Shown: positions 28,483 through 38,797, numbered from the stretch's first letter. The stretch: 64,000 nucleotides of DNA from an uncultured delta proteobacterium (GCA_963767925.1 CAVYGB010000010.1:1248001-1312000); one strand, 5' to 3'. The notes: a model not told the origin generated them from the letters alone. Made by a program: numbers and translations.

Positions 28483-31068
28483 ATGGCGAGCTTGCGCGGT
28501 GCTGGGCTCGAGGACTTGCTGGCCCATTCGGACTGGCTGGGGCGGCTGGCGCATCGGTTGGCGGGGGCGGCGGATGCGGAGGATGCGGTTCAGGAGACCT
28601 GGTTGGCGGCGCATCGGTCGCCGCCGGATCCGGGGCGGCCGGCCCGGCCTTGGCTGGCGGGGGTTCTGCGTAATTTCGTGCGGGCGCGGTGGCAGACGGA
28701 TCGGAGACGGAAGCGGCGCGAGCGGACTCAGGCCGCGGAGGGGCCCGATCGGGAGGCGGCGGTCGATGCGGTTTACGAGCGGCTGGAGATGCAGCGGATC
28801 GTGGCGGAGCTGGTCATGTCGCTCGATGAGCCAGTACGGATCGTGCTGCTGCTGCGCTACTTCGAGGGGCACGACTCGACCCGCATCGGACAGATCCTGG
28901 GTCTCCCGGCTGGCACGGTCCGATGGCGGCTGAAGGTCGCGCTCGATCGCCTGCGCGTCGAGATGGACGCCCGCTTCGGCGCCCGCCGCACCTGGGCCAT
29001 CGTGCTCGCGCCCGCGACGGCTCGCCTCGCCGACACCCCCGACCCACCAGCGTCACCGTTCCCCGAACCCGCGACGCAGCCGCCGCCAGCTCTCCCCGAC
29101 CCCTCCCTTCCGCCAGCCACCACCTTCCCCAATCCAGCCGCGCACCCAGCGCCAGCTCTCCCCCACGCCCCCATTCCGCCATCCACCACCCTCCCCAACT
29201 CAGCCACGCACCCAGCACCAGGTCTCCACCAGGCCCCCATTCCGCCAGCCACCACCTTCCCCAACTCAGCCACGCACCCTGCACCAGCTCTCCCCGACGC
29301 CTCTGCGCCGCTGCTGCAGGGGGCGTCCGTTGGGCCGACGGCTACTCCGCAACCTCCTTCCTCGCTTCTGTCGGCGAGCCGCTCCTCGAACCTGTCGGCG
29401 CGGCAGGCGGCGGGCTCACGGGGGACGATTGCTGGCGGGGCGGGGGGGACGGGGATGGGGGTGCCGCTGCTGTCTGTGCTGGCTCTCGTGGTCGGTGCGG
29501 GGGTGGGAATCGGCCTGGGTGGTTGGAGTGGAGGCGCGCGCGAGGATGCGCGGGGTGACGTCGGCGGGGCTGGCGACGGCTCGGGACGCGAGCGGGCGGG
29601 TTCGGCGACGGGTGAGGGGCGCGGGGAGGGACGGTTTGGTGATGGGCGGGCGGGGGATTTCCGACCGTGGCGGCTTGCGCGGCGAGAGGCCAGGGCAGCG
29701 GGGCAGCGCTTCGTGAGGTCGCCGGTGATGGGAGCCGGGCGTGGGGATGTCCGGTCGGGCGAAGGCGTGCTCTCGGGCGTCGTACGGTTGCGGGGACGGG
29801 GGGAAGATGACGCCATCGTGGTGGCCAATCCGGTCGGGCGAGCCGAGACGGCAGCCATGATCACGGCAGAGGCACCCCGGGCCGACACTCCAGCCATCCC
29901 CGCGGCAGAGGCACCCCGGGCCGACACGGCGGCCTTGCCCACTGCACAGGCACTCCGGCCCGGCACAACCGCCATCCCCACGGCAGAGGCACCCCGGGCC
30001 GACACGGCGGCCTTGCCCACTGCACAGGCACTCCGGCCCGGCACAACCGCCATCCCCACGGCAGAGGCACCCCGGGCCGACACGGTGGCCTTGCCCACTG
30101 CAGAGGCACCCCGGGCCGACACGGCGGCCTTGCCCACTGCACAGGCACTCCGGCCCGGCACAACCGCCATCCCCACGGCAGAGGCACCCCGGGCCGACAC
30201 GGCGGCCTTGCCCACTGCAGAGGCACCCCGGGCCGACACGGCGGCCTTGCCCACTGCACAGGCACTCCGGCCCGGCACAACCGCCATCCCCGCGGCAGAG
30301 GCACCCCGGGCCGACACGGCGGCCTTGCCCACTGCACAGGCACTCCGGCCCGGCACAACCGCCATCCCCACGGCAGAGGCACCCCGGGCCGACACGGCGG
30401 CCTTGCCCACCGCGGAGGCATCCCGGGCCGGCACAACCGCCATCCCCACGGCAGAGGCACCCCGGGCCGACACGGCGGCCTTGCCCACCGCGGAGGCATC
30501 CCGGGCCGGGACGGTGGCGGGCGTGGGCGGGCTGGCGCTGGCGCGGGTGAAGACGGCGGAGGGCGGGGGGTTTCACTTCGTGGTGTTGCCGGCGGGGCGG
30601 TACGTGTTGACGGCGACTGGTCACGACGAGGGGAGCGCCGCTTCGGTCGAGATCGACATCCCGGATGGGCGCGATCGGCACGGGCAGGTGCTCGACCTGC
30701 AGGCCACGGGCTCGGGGGTGTTTGGACGGGTCCTCGATTCGGTGGCGGGCGGGATCTCTCGCGCGCGCGTGCGCGCCCGGCGGGTGGCCGGCGCGGGCCG
30801 GGAGGCGCTGGTGTTCGAGGCCGAGTCGGGGTGCCTGGGACGGTTTCGCCTGTCCCTGCCGCCGGATCACTACAGCTTCGAAGTGGAGGCGGACGGATAC
30901 GGGTCCACCCGCTTCAGCCTCGAGGTGCCGACCGCGCTGGTGCGGACCTTCGTCCTCTACCCCGAGATCGACGGGGTTGCCGGGCGGGTCCACCTCGACA
31001 ACGAGGAGCAAGCCCTCCCGCCACAGTCACTCGCCCCCCACCCCGGACCCGCCAGGATGAATCCATGA
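28483..31068 (+). CDS. ECF sigma factor fused to a TM segment and carboxypeptidase-regulatory-like beta domains, with repeat insertions
   Basis: DAEDAVQETWL (region 2), LRYFEG...GTVRWRL (region 4), TM LLSVLALVVGAG, PAGRYVLTAT / GRVLDS...ARVRA / YSFEVEADGY. Confidence 0.8.
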   Translation: MASLRGAGLEDLLAHSDWLGRLAHRLAGAADAEDAVQETWLAAHRSPPDPGRPARPWLAGVLRNFVRARWQTDRRRKRRERTQAAEGPDREAAVDAVYERLEMQRIVAELVMSLDEPVRIVLLLRYFEGHDSTRIGQILGLPAGTVRWRLKVALDRLRVEMDARFGARRTWAIVLAPATARLADTPDPPASPFPEPATQPPPALPDPSLPPATTFPNPAAHPAPALPHAPIPPSTTLPNSATHPAPGLHQAPIPPATTFPNSATHPAPALPDASAPLLQGASVGPTATPQPPSSLLSASRSSNLSARQAAGSRGTIAGGAGGTGMGVPLLSVLALVVGAGVGIGLGGWSGGAREDARGDVGGAGDGSGRERAGSATGEGRGEGRFGDGRAGDFRPWRLARREARAAGQRFVRSPVMGAGRGDVRSGEGVLSGVVRLRGRGEDDAIVVANPVGRAETAAMITAEAPRADTPAIPAAEAPRADTAALPTAQALRPGTTAIPTAEAPRADTAALPTAQALRPGTTAIPTAEAPRADTVALPTAEAPRADTAALPTAQALRPGTTAIPTAEAPRADTAALPTAEAPRADTAALPTAQALRPGTTAIPAAEAPRADTAALPTAQALRPGTTAIPTAEAPRADTAALPTAEASRAGTTAIPTAEAPRADTAALPTAEASRAGTVAGVGGLALARVKTAEGGGFHFVVLPAGRYVLTATGHDEGSAASVEIDIPDGRDRHGQVLDLQATGSGVFGRVLDSVAGGISRARVRARRVAGAGREALVFEAESGCLGRFRLSLPPDHYSFEVEADGYGSTRFSLEVPTALVRTFVLYPEIDGVAGRVHLDNEEQALPPQSLAPHPGPARMNP
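29068..29310 (+). repeat. About 3.7 degenerate 66-bp (22-aa) Pro-rich coding repeats
   Basis: SATHPAPALPHAPIPPATTFPN-like units. Confidence 0.8.
29860..30522 (+). repeat. Seventeen 39-bp (13-aa) in-frame repeats of two main variants
   Basis: PTAEAPRADTAAL and PTAQALRPGTTAI units. Confidence 0.93.
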
Positions 31069-31399
31069 CCACGCGTTTCCCTCCGCCGCTGATCCGCACC
31101 CGCCCGCGCGACTTCGAGCAGGTAGCCATGACCACGCGTTTCCCGATGCCGCTGATCCCGCACCCGCCCCGGGCGACCTCGGGCAGGCGCCATGACCACG
31201 CGTTTCCCGATGCCGCTGATCCCGCACCCGCCCGCGCGACTTCGAGCAGGCACCATGACCACGCGTTTCCCTCCGCCGCTGATTCGCACCCGCCCCGCGC
31301 GACCTCGAGCAGGCACCATGACCACGCGTTTCCCTCCGCCGCTGAATCAGCCCGTCCGCCATGCGAGCGCAAGTCCATGACCACGCGTTTTTCGCCGCC
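31063..31399 (+). repeat. Six ~63-bp tandem units beginning CCATGACCACGCGTTT
   Basis: ATG of each unit at 31065, 31128, 31192, 31255, 31318 and 31377. Confidence 0.92.
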
Positions 31400-31433
31400 T
31401 TCGAAGTTGCTCCGGCTCCGCGGGATTTCAGCC

Positions 31434-32600
31434 ATGGACGTACGGGAACACGTGGGTTCGACGACTCCACCCCCGGTTGGGACGATCCTCGGACTCGGCC
31501 CGCGCATCGGATCGGCCGTGGGCCGGCTGTCGGCGCTGGCCGTCTGGGCCCTCGGGCTGAGTGCCCTGGCCTGTACGCACGTCGGCGAGCGGCCGGCAGC
31601 GGCAGCAGCGGCAGCAGCGGCAGCAGCGGCAGCAGCAGCGGCTCCGGTCGGCGGCCCTCCTGCGGCGCCGGCGGATGCGCGAACCGCGGTGGCGCGGGCG
31701 CTCGTGTTTCTCGAGCGAGATGGCGTCGGCTGGATGGATGGGCGTACGAAGGCGGGGGGCGGCTGCGTGTCGTGCCACCATGTCGGGTTCGCGCTCTGGA
31801 GCCACCGGGAGGCGCAGCGGGCGGGCCTGGACATCGCGGCCGACCGCATCGACGCGCTCGAGAAGCGGGCCCACGACTTTTTCGCCGAGAACACCGGCAA
31901 GCGCCACCAGGTCACCTGGAGTCAGCTCCTGCTGGGCCGGAAGTCCAGCGGAAGCAACCGGCTGACCCGGATCGGCTGGGCGGCGATCCAGGAGGACATC
32001 CTCGCGGACCAGAAGAAGGGCGGCCTCTGGGCGGCTGCCGGGCAGTTTCCCAATCAGAGACGTCCCCCGGTCGAGTCGGACGCGGTGGCGACCATGTGGA
32101 TCATCCTGGCCCTCGCCGGTCCCGGCAATCCCTCCCCTGCGGTCACCGCCAGCCGGGCCCGGGCCCATGCCGGGCTGAAGGCCAGCGCGACAGGTGAGAG
32201 CAACGAATGGTTGCTGGCGCGCATGCTGGTCGAGGGTCAGCTCGGCGACGCGGCCGCGGCCCGTGCCCTCCGCGATCGGCTGCTGGGTCAGCAGCAGGCG
32301 GACGGCGGGTGGGGCTGGTCAGCGAAGGAGCCAAGCAACGCCTTCTCGACCGGCCAGGCCCTGTATGCGCTGGCCCTCGCCGGCCTTCCGGCCAGCGACG
32401 CGGCCCTCACCCGCAGCGTGATCTACCTCCTCGCGACCCAGGGCCCCGACGGCACCTGGAGCGTCCCCGGTCGACTCATCAGCAAGCGACCGGGCGAGCA
32501 ACTCGACTACATCTACCAGTACTGGGGCACGGCCTGGGCCACTATCGGCCTCGCCCGGGCGCTCCAGCAGCCAGGCGGTCTGGCAACCCACCAGCCGTGA
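31434..32600 (+). CDS. Prenyltransferase/squalene-oxidase repeat lipoprotein with CxxCH (start uncertain; in-frame ATGs at 31065, 31128, 31377)
   Basis: LSALAC lipobox-like motif, GCVSCHH, QW-like repeats QQADGGW and TQGPDGTW. Confidence 0.78.
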   Translation: MDVREHVGSTTPPPVGTILGLGPRIGSAVGRLSALAVWALGLSALACTHVGERPAAAAAAAAAAAAAAAAPVGGPPAAPADARTAVARALVFLERDGVGWMDGRTKAGGGCVSCHHVGFALWSHREAQRAGLDIAADRIDALEKRAHDFFAENTGKRHQVTWSQLLLGRKSSGSNRLTRIGWAAIQEDILADQKKGGLWAAAGQFPNQRRPPVESDAVATMWIILALAGPGNPSPAVTASRARAHAGLKASATGESNEWLLARMLVEGQLGDAAAARALRDRLLGQQQADGGWGWSAKEPSNAFSTGQALYALALAGLPASDAALTRSVIYLLATQGPDGTWSVPGRLISKRPGEQLDYIYQYWGTAWATIGLARALQQPGGLATHQP

Positions 32601-32622
32601 CGATCGCGATGGAGGTCACCTC

Positions 32623-33771
32623 ATGAGTCGAACCGGTAGACGCACGTTCCTCGGGCGCTCCCTCTCGCTGGCGGCGGGGGTGCTGCCCTTCGCCCGCGCC
32701 GCCGCGGGCGCGGACCTTCCTGCCGTGGCGGCGCCGCCCGGCCCGACGGTCGATCTGAAGGATCCCGTGCTGGCATCCTTGCTGGCGCGCAACCGGGAGC
32801 GACACCCGGGGGGGCGGGGGTCCAACCACCTCTCGATGGCGCTGCTCTCGCTGGCGGCGCTGGGAGCTGGGGCGGCGCGCATGCGGGCGCTCGGGGAGGA
32901 CAAGCTCGCGCAGCAGGGGAGCGCGTTCCCCTCGGGCGGACCTGCCGTGACGGCGGCGGGGTGGCGCGATCATCTCGGCAACGACGCGGCCTTGCCCGGG
33001 CTGCGCGCGCTGTTCGAGCAGGAGATCGCTCGGCGGGGCGTCCCGGGTACGCTGCGCCTCTACCTGCCCGCCCTCCTCCCGGGGGTCGGCGCCCACGCCT
33101 TTCACGCGCTCATTCGCACCGGCTACGGCGTGCGCTTCGGCGATCCCGCGGAGGTGGCCATGGGACTCGCCTACTGGGCCGTCACCTACCTTCCCCTGGG
33201 GCCTCTCGGCGCGTTCGGATCCCACGGCGACCCGGCCGCTGCGCTGGCGGCCGTCCGCAAGGTGCCGGTGCTGACCGACGAGGGGCGCCGGGCCGCCGGC
33301 GTGGTGAAGCCGGACAACCTCAACATCGCCGGCAGCATGCAGTGGGTCTCCACCCTGCCCGGCTTCGGCGCCGCCGCCTCGTCGCTGAAGATCGGCGACG
33401 CCTCGCTGGCCGCCATCGCCCGCGCCATGGTTCGTCTGCACGTCGCCAGCGGCGACGACTTCACGGCCCTGCACGCGGTCACCGGCGCCCACGCCTACCG
33501 GATGCTCGAGCCGCACGTCCCCGACCGCACCGCCGGCCGCCGCCACCTCTGGCAAGCCCTCGTCGCCGCCTACGTCTCGATCGGCGCCCCCGCGGTCGCC
33601 CCCGCCCCCGCCCCCGCGAAGCTCCCCCCCTGGACCGAGATCCTCGCCAAGGCCGCCGGCTCCACGGACGACCACGAGCTCAAGCTCACCGACATCGCCC
33701 GCGAGGAGGCGCGCCACCACCGCGACCCCACCTACCTCCACTCCGCCGCGCTCCACCTCAGCCTGGTCTGA
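32623..33771 (+). CDS. Tat-exported questin oxidase-like (DUF4243) protein
   Basis: GRRTFL twin-Arg signal; NHLSMAL, AFHALIRTGY, DFTALHAVTGAHA, DDHELKL. Confidence 0.8.
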   Translation: MSRTGRRTFLGRSLSLAAGVLPFARAAAGADLPAVAAPPGPTVDLKDPVLASLLARNRERHPGGRGSNHLSMALLSLAALGAGAARMRALGEDKLAQQGSAFPSGGPAVTAAGWRDHLGNDAALPGLRALFEQEIARRGVPGTLRLYLPALLPGVGAHAFHALIRTGYGVRFGDPAEVAMGLAYWAVTYLPLGPLGAFGSHGDPAAALAAVRKVPVLTDEGRRAAGVVKPDNLNIAGSMQWVSTLPGFGAAASSLKIGDASLAAIARAMVRLHVASGDDFTALHAVTGAHAYRMLEPHVPDRTAGRRHLWQALVAAYVSIGAPAVAPAPAPAKLPPWTEILAKAAGSTDDHELKLTDIAREEARHHRDPTYLHSAALHLSLV

Positions 33772-33852
33772 TCCCGAGCGCAGCGAGGGTCAGCCCAGGC
33801 TGTCTCCTCTGGTCTGATCCCAGCGAGCGGTCAGCCCAGGCTGTCTCCTCTG
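33765..33852. repeat. Two ~44-bp direct repeats at the gene end
   Basis: GGTCTGATCCC...GGTCAGCCCAGGCTGTCTCCTCT twice. Confidence 0.8.
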
Positions 33853-33865
33853 CCCCCCCTCCAGT

Positions 33866-35833
33866 CTAAGGCGTTGTCGCTTCCGGGGGACGGGGCGAGC
33901 CGGCGGGGGGATCCTCGGGAACCACGGGATCGCTCGGCGCGGGCAGCGGGTCGGCGCCCGGATCGGGGGCCGCAGGGCGCTCGGTGGGGGCGGGCTCGCG
34001 CGGGGGCAGCGGGGCGGCCTCCTCGAGCGGGGGGAGCGTCTCCCCCGGCAGAGGCGGCACGGGGGTTGGCGGTGTCGGGCGGGCCGGCGTGGGGGCGGGC
34101 GGCGTCGGGCGGGGCAGCGGGGGCAGGTCGGCGCCGTTGAGACCGGTGCTCTGGTCCGAGGGGAGCGACCAGCGCAGCTCGCGGGCCCGGCGGCGCTCGG
34201 CCTCGCGCGCCTCTGCCTCGGCCTCCAGCTCGGCGGCGCTGGGGCGCGGCTCGCCCCGCGCTTCACGCGGCTCACCCTGCAGCTCGCGCGGCTCACCCTG
34301 CAGCTCGCGCGGCTCGGCCCGCGTCGCGGTCCGGGCGGCCGGCTTGCGCACGGGGGGCAGGGGCAGCGGCGGGGGAGGTGGCACCGCGGCCCGCGCCGCC
34401 GGCGGCTCGCTCAGCGGCGCGGGCGCGCCTTCGCCGAGCTCGGGGGCACCCTGCCGGGACACCGCCAGCCGCCAGAGCGCCGCGGTGGCCCCGCCTCCCA
34501 GCAAGACGAACACCAGAAAGCCTGTGCCGACCATGCGCCGCCGGGTCCGGCCGCGAAGGCGGTCCACCACCACGTCGTCGCCGTCCGCCACCTGCAGCGA
34601 CAGGTCGCTCATCGCGGTAGCCTCGACCCCGGTCAGCGACGAGCGGGAGCTCCCGCCCCGCCGCCGCGGCCCCCCCCGCTCCGAGCGGGTGCCCGCCTCG
34701 GGCAGCGACGCCTCCAGCGCGCCGATCTCCGGCAACAGGGCGAGCGCGGTGTCTTCGGTCTCCCCGCTGCGCGACCCGCCGTTGCGCAAGCGGGCCGTGC
34801 GCCCGCCCCGATCCGAGCCTTCGTCTCCCAGCACGAGGGCCGCGCCCTCCGCGAGGTCGCCGGGACCGTCGTCGGGCGTGATGGCGTGAACCCCGGTGCG
34901 TCCGGTCGGCGCCGAGCCATCGACCCGCGCCAGGTCGGCCAGCCACAACTTCAGCTCGGTCTGTCCGGGCGCCCCGTATTCGGCCCGCCACACCGCCTCG
35001 AGATCGACGAGGAACTCGTCGGCGGTGCGGTAGCGCTGATCGCGATCGGCGGTCATCGCCCGCCGGATCACCGCGCCCAGCGACTCGGGCATGCCGGGGC
35101 TGACCTGCTCGGGCGGGCGGTACAGGCACTTTTGCACGCGGGCGATCACCTCGAAGTCGGTCGCCGCCTCGAACGGGCGCAGCCCGGTTGTCACCAGGTA
35201 CAGCACGGTCCCGAGCGAGAACAGATCCGAGCGCGCGTCGAGCGCCTTGCCCGTAGCGCCTGCTCGGGCGACATGAAGGCGACCTTGCCCTTGACCACCC
35301 CGGTGGCGGTGCGGTCTCGCCGGTTCAGCGCCTTGGCGATGCCGAAGTCGGCCAGCTTGACCTCACCCTGCTCGCTGATGAGGACGTTCTGGGGGCTGAC
35401 GTCGCGGTGGACGATCCCCAGCGGCTCACCGTCCGGCGCGGTTGCGGCTGTGCGCGTACGACAGGGCCCGGCACACCTCCGCGATGATGTAGAGCCCCAG
35501 CGCCGGCGGCAGGGGACGCTGGGCGGCATTGGCCCGGTCCAGCACCCGCGCGAGGTCCCAGCCGTCGACCAGCTCCAGCACCAGGAACAGCCGGCCACCC
35601 GCGCGCCCGAGGTCGAGCACCTGCACGATGTTGTTGTGGTGCAGGCCCATCGAGATGTGGGCCTCGTCGACCAGCATGTTGCGGAACTGCTCGTCGGCGT
35701 AAAACGCGGTGTGGATGCGCTTGAGCACCACCGGCTTCTCGAAGCCCTCGGAGCCGTGCTGACGCGCAAGGAAGATCTCCGCCATCCCGCCTTCGGCGAG
35801 CTTGCGAACGACCGTATAACGCCCATGCACCAC
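33866..35833 (-). CDS. Membrane-anchored Ser/Thr protein kinase (two frameshifts near 35440 and 35255)
   Basis: [16 protein letters not shown], then [26 protein letters not shown], then DLFSLG, across three frames; TM and Pro-rich tail. Confidence 0.88.
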
Positions 35834-35877
35834 GGCTCGGCCCCCAAGTTAGCATGAGGGCGGGGCCAGGGCGCGCC

Positions 35878-36984
35878 TCAGCGGCCGTGCGCGACGCGGT
35901 CGGGAGCGTTCCCGCCCTCCCCCTGCCCGGCCGCCTGGCGCAGGTACCGCTGCAGGATCGGTAAAAGCGGTGTCACGCCGTCGGTGAGCGGGGCGATCAC
36001 CGGCAGCCCGAGCTGCGCGGCCAGGCGCCGCTTCTCGGTCGCCAGCGCGTCGCCGGTCACGCCGTCGGCGTTGAGGGTGATGGCCAACACCTGCGCGCCG
36101 TAGAGCCGGATCAGCTCCAGCTCCTCGAGCAGCGACGGCACCACCCATCCGGCGTGCCCCTTGAAACAGGAGCGCCCCGGGGCGTGCTGCAGGATGACGG
36201 CTCGCGCCCCCGCCGAGACGAGCAGCTCCGCCCCACACGGCCCCGATGGGTTGCGCAGCGACGATTGCCCCTCGATGACGATCAGGTCGGGCCGGGCCTG
36301 CTCGTCGCACGCCACCACCGCCCCCTCCAGCTCACCCGCGACGAAGTCGTTCGGGGTCGAGTCGAGGATGAAGCCGAAGCGCCCGCCCTGCATCCATCCC
36401 GTCTGGCCCGTGTGGACCATCTCCGCCCGGATGCCCCCCGCGCGACAGGCCTCCACCAGCAGCCGGGCCGTCGTCCGCTTGCCCACGGCACAGTCGGTGC
36501 CCAGCAGGGCCAGCCGCGGCGCCCGCACCTGAGCGATGGCGCCGGTCCAGAACCGCAGCTCGCGCACCGGGCGAGGCCGGCGCAGATCGACGATGCGCGC
36601 GTGGCCCCGGGCCGCCGCCGCCGCGATCTCGGGATCGTCACCGGCCAGCTCGTGCAAGCCGTTGACCACGGTCAGCCCCGCCTCCGCCGCCTCGATCAGC
36701 AGCGCGCGAATCTCCGGTGGCATGAACCCGCCCCCCATCGCCACCCCGACGACACAGGCATCGGGTTTGCGGCGCGCGCCCCGCAGCGCCTCCTGCAGCG
36801 AAGCGAAGATCGGAATTTCACGCCGCCGCCCGTCGAGAACTTCCCCTGCGTCTCGACCTGCGCTGGCAGCGTCGATCACCCCGACGATCTCGAAGCGATC
36901 GCTGCCGCGGACCAATCCGTGCGCGGTCTTTGCACGATCCGACGCGAACGCTCCGGGGGCCAGAACGACTGCGCTCCCTTCCAT
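35878..36984 (-). CDS. DUF1611 domain P-loop protein
   Basis: AKTAHGLVR, NGLHE, GTDCAVGKRTT, TGQTGWMQG, IEGQSSL. Confidence 0.9.
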   Translation of the reverse strand: MEGSAVVLAPGAFASDRAKTAHGLVRGSDRFEIVGVIDAASAGRDAGEVLDGRRREIPIFASLQEALRGARRKPDACVVGVAMGGGFMPPEIRALLIEAAEAGLTVVNGLHELAGDDPEIAAAAARGHARIVDLRRPRPVRELRFWTGAIAQVRAPRLALLGTDCAVGKRTTARLLVEACRAGGIRAEMVHTGQTGWMQGGRFGFILDSTPNDFVAGELEGAVVACDEQARPDLIVIEGQSSLRNPSGPCGAELLVSAGARAVILQHAPGRSCFKGHAGWVVPSLLEELELIRLYGAQVLAITLNADGVTGDALATEKRRLAAQLGLPVIAPLTDGVTPLLPILQRYLRQAAGQGEGGNAPDRVAHGR

Positions 36985-37227
36985 ATCCAGAGGATAGCGC
37001 TCTTCAGCAGGCCGGCGGCCTTGCCGATGAATAGCGCCTCCACTAACGTCGTCTCCCCATGCGGATCGGTATCGCGGATCACAAGAGGAACGCGAACAGT
37101 CTGCAGATTCTGCGCTCACGAAACCCGTAGTTCACTTAACAGTCTGATTACATGATGACTTGAACACCCCTGACCCAGTGTGAGAGAACGTCGCACACCC
37201 CTCTACCCCCATCCACAGGAGACATAC

Positions 37228-37521
37228 ATGGTTCGGAAGTTCATCACGACTCTGGTTCTTGGCGGCTTTGCCGTCTTCGCTGCTCGTACGGTCTCGGCTC
37301 AGGACTGCACCCTGAAGACGGCCGGCGAAAACCCCGTCGCCGCCGCTTGCAAGAAGGGCGGCATCAAGGAGGCAAAGAAGGTGATGAAGGCCATGGTGGC
37401 GAACGCCAAGAAGGCCGGCAAGAAGTGGGAGTGCGACACCTGCCACAAGAATGAAGAGAACTGGGCTCTCACCGGCGACGGCGAGAAGCTTTTCAAGGAG
37501 ATGGTCGCCCTCCAGAAGTAG
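37228..37521 (+). CDS. Small secreted Lys-rich c-type cytochrome-like protein
   Basis: AGGAG RBS, signal peptide, CDTCH heme-binding motif. Confidence 0.7.
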   Translation: MVRKFITTLVLGGFAVFAARTVSAQDCTLKTAGENPVAAACKKGGIKEAKKVMKAMVANAKKAGKKWECDTCHKNEENWALTGDGEKLFKEMVALQK

Positions 37522-37591
37522 AGGTCGCGGCACCGGGAGGTGACCTCGATCACGAACGGGATCGGGGTCACCGACCGTTTTTCAGGGCTGC

Positions 37592-38797
37592 TCAGAGCTG
37601 CCTGAGCAGGCGCCGGACTTCCTCCGCCGCGGGCTTTCCCCGGGGGGTGTAACCGACGCTGACCGAGCCGCCCCAGCCGTACCAGTTCCAGATATAGAGA
37701 CCTGCCAGGGTCGAGGCGCCGCCGGCCGAAGCCGAAGCGTCCACCGGCTGGGTCCACACGCGGCGGAAGGCTTCAAAGGCGCGCCGCTGCTCTTCCAGAT
37801 CCGGCTCGCCTCCCGACGACTCGTCCCAGGGCGCGGCGCTGGCCCCCGTCCGGGAGCGATACCCGACCTCCGTGAAGACCAGGGGTTGCTTGCGGCCAGC
37901 GCGCCAGCTCTCGATCTCCCCGCGCAGCTCGCGCCAGCGGCGCTCCAGCGCGCCGACGTCGGCCGGACCGTTCTTCGCCCGCAGGTCGAAGTAGGCCACG
38001 ATGCCCGCCTCGTCCACCAGGTCGAGCAGCCGGGCCTCTCGGTAGTGGTCCCAGTTGGCCGAATAGATCAGGGTGCCCGGAAACACCGAGCGGATCCGCT
38101 CGATCACCCGCGTCCAGCGGGGCAGGTCGCCGTCCAGCGAGGACAGCTCCGAGCCGATCGCCAGCCGGGTGGCGCCGGTGACGCCGCCGATGGCGGCCAG
38201 GTCGCCGAGGATGTCGAGGTAGCTCTCGAACCAGGCGTCCAGGTCGGCGGGGGCCAGCGTGCCCCGCCACTCGCCGGGCGCGCGGGGGGCGCTCAGCCGC
38301 ACGATGGGGAACAACGTGACCTCCAGCCCGACCCGGCGGGCGGCCCGCACCGTCTCCGCAGTGGCCACCAGGCTCGGGGAAAACCGCGTGTGCAGCCCCA
38401 GCTTCGTCGACCCGCCGTGCTCCTGGTAGATGGGCACCACCAGGGCGACGTGGCTGGCCCCCAGCTCGACGATCTCCTGCAGCAGCGGCGTGTAGTCGAA
38501 GCTGACATCCTCGGCGAACAAGCCCAGCGAGACCCCCCGCTGTCGGGGATCGGCCGTACCACCCGTGGGCTGGCCCGGCCGCGGCGGGGTGCTCAGGCGC
38601 GGCTTGACCGCCGGAGGCGCGACCGAGCCCGGCAGCGGCGACGCAGGCAACGGCGACCCAGGGAGCGGCGACGCCTTCTCCGCGGACATCTGGCGGGGCT
38701 CGATGGGCAGCGAGCGGACCAGTCGGGGCCCCAGCACGCCCGCGCCGACGACGCCGCCGGCGGCGCACAGAGCCGGAAACAGCCACCGGTGACGCAT
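37592..38797 (-). CDS. GH113-like TIM-barrel glycoside hydrolase
   Basis: WFESY, IGSELSS, YSANWD, FTEVGYRS, PW, YIWNW, TPRGKPA. Confidence 0.8.
   Translation of the reverse strand: MRHRWLFPALCAAGGVVGAGVLGPRLVRSLPIEPRQMSAEKASPLPGSPLPASPLPGSVAPPAVKPRLSTPPRPGQPTGGTADPRQRGVSLGLFAEDVSFDYTPLLQEIVELGASHVALVVPIYQEHGGSTKLGLHTRFSPSLVATAETVRAARRVGLEVTLFPIVRLSAPRAPGEWRGTLAPADLDAWFESYLDILGDLAAIGGVTGATRLAIGSELSSLDGDLPRWTRVIERIRSVFPGTLIYSANWDHYREARLLDLVDEAGIVAYFDLRAKNGPADVGALERRWRELRGEIESWRAGRKQPLVFTEVGYRSRTGASAAPWDESSGGEPDLEEQRRAFEAFRRVWTQPVDASASAGGASTLAGLYIWNWYGWGGSVSVGYTPRGKPAAEEVRRLLRQL

Noticed and set aside
27476..28872. ARA/GGA-repeat ORFs
   Set aside because: Translations of the GC array with no protein-like features
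31063..31399. Possible CRISPR array (conserved ~30-bp head with ~63-bp period)
   Set aside because: The would-be spacers are homologous to each other and no cas genes are present; it is a degenerate tandem repeat
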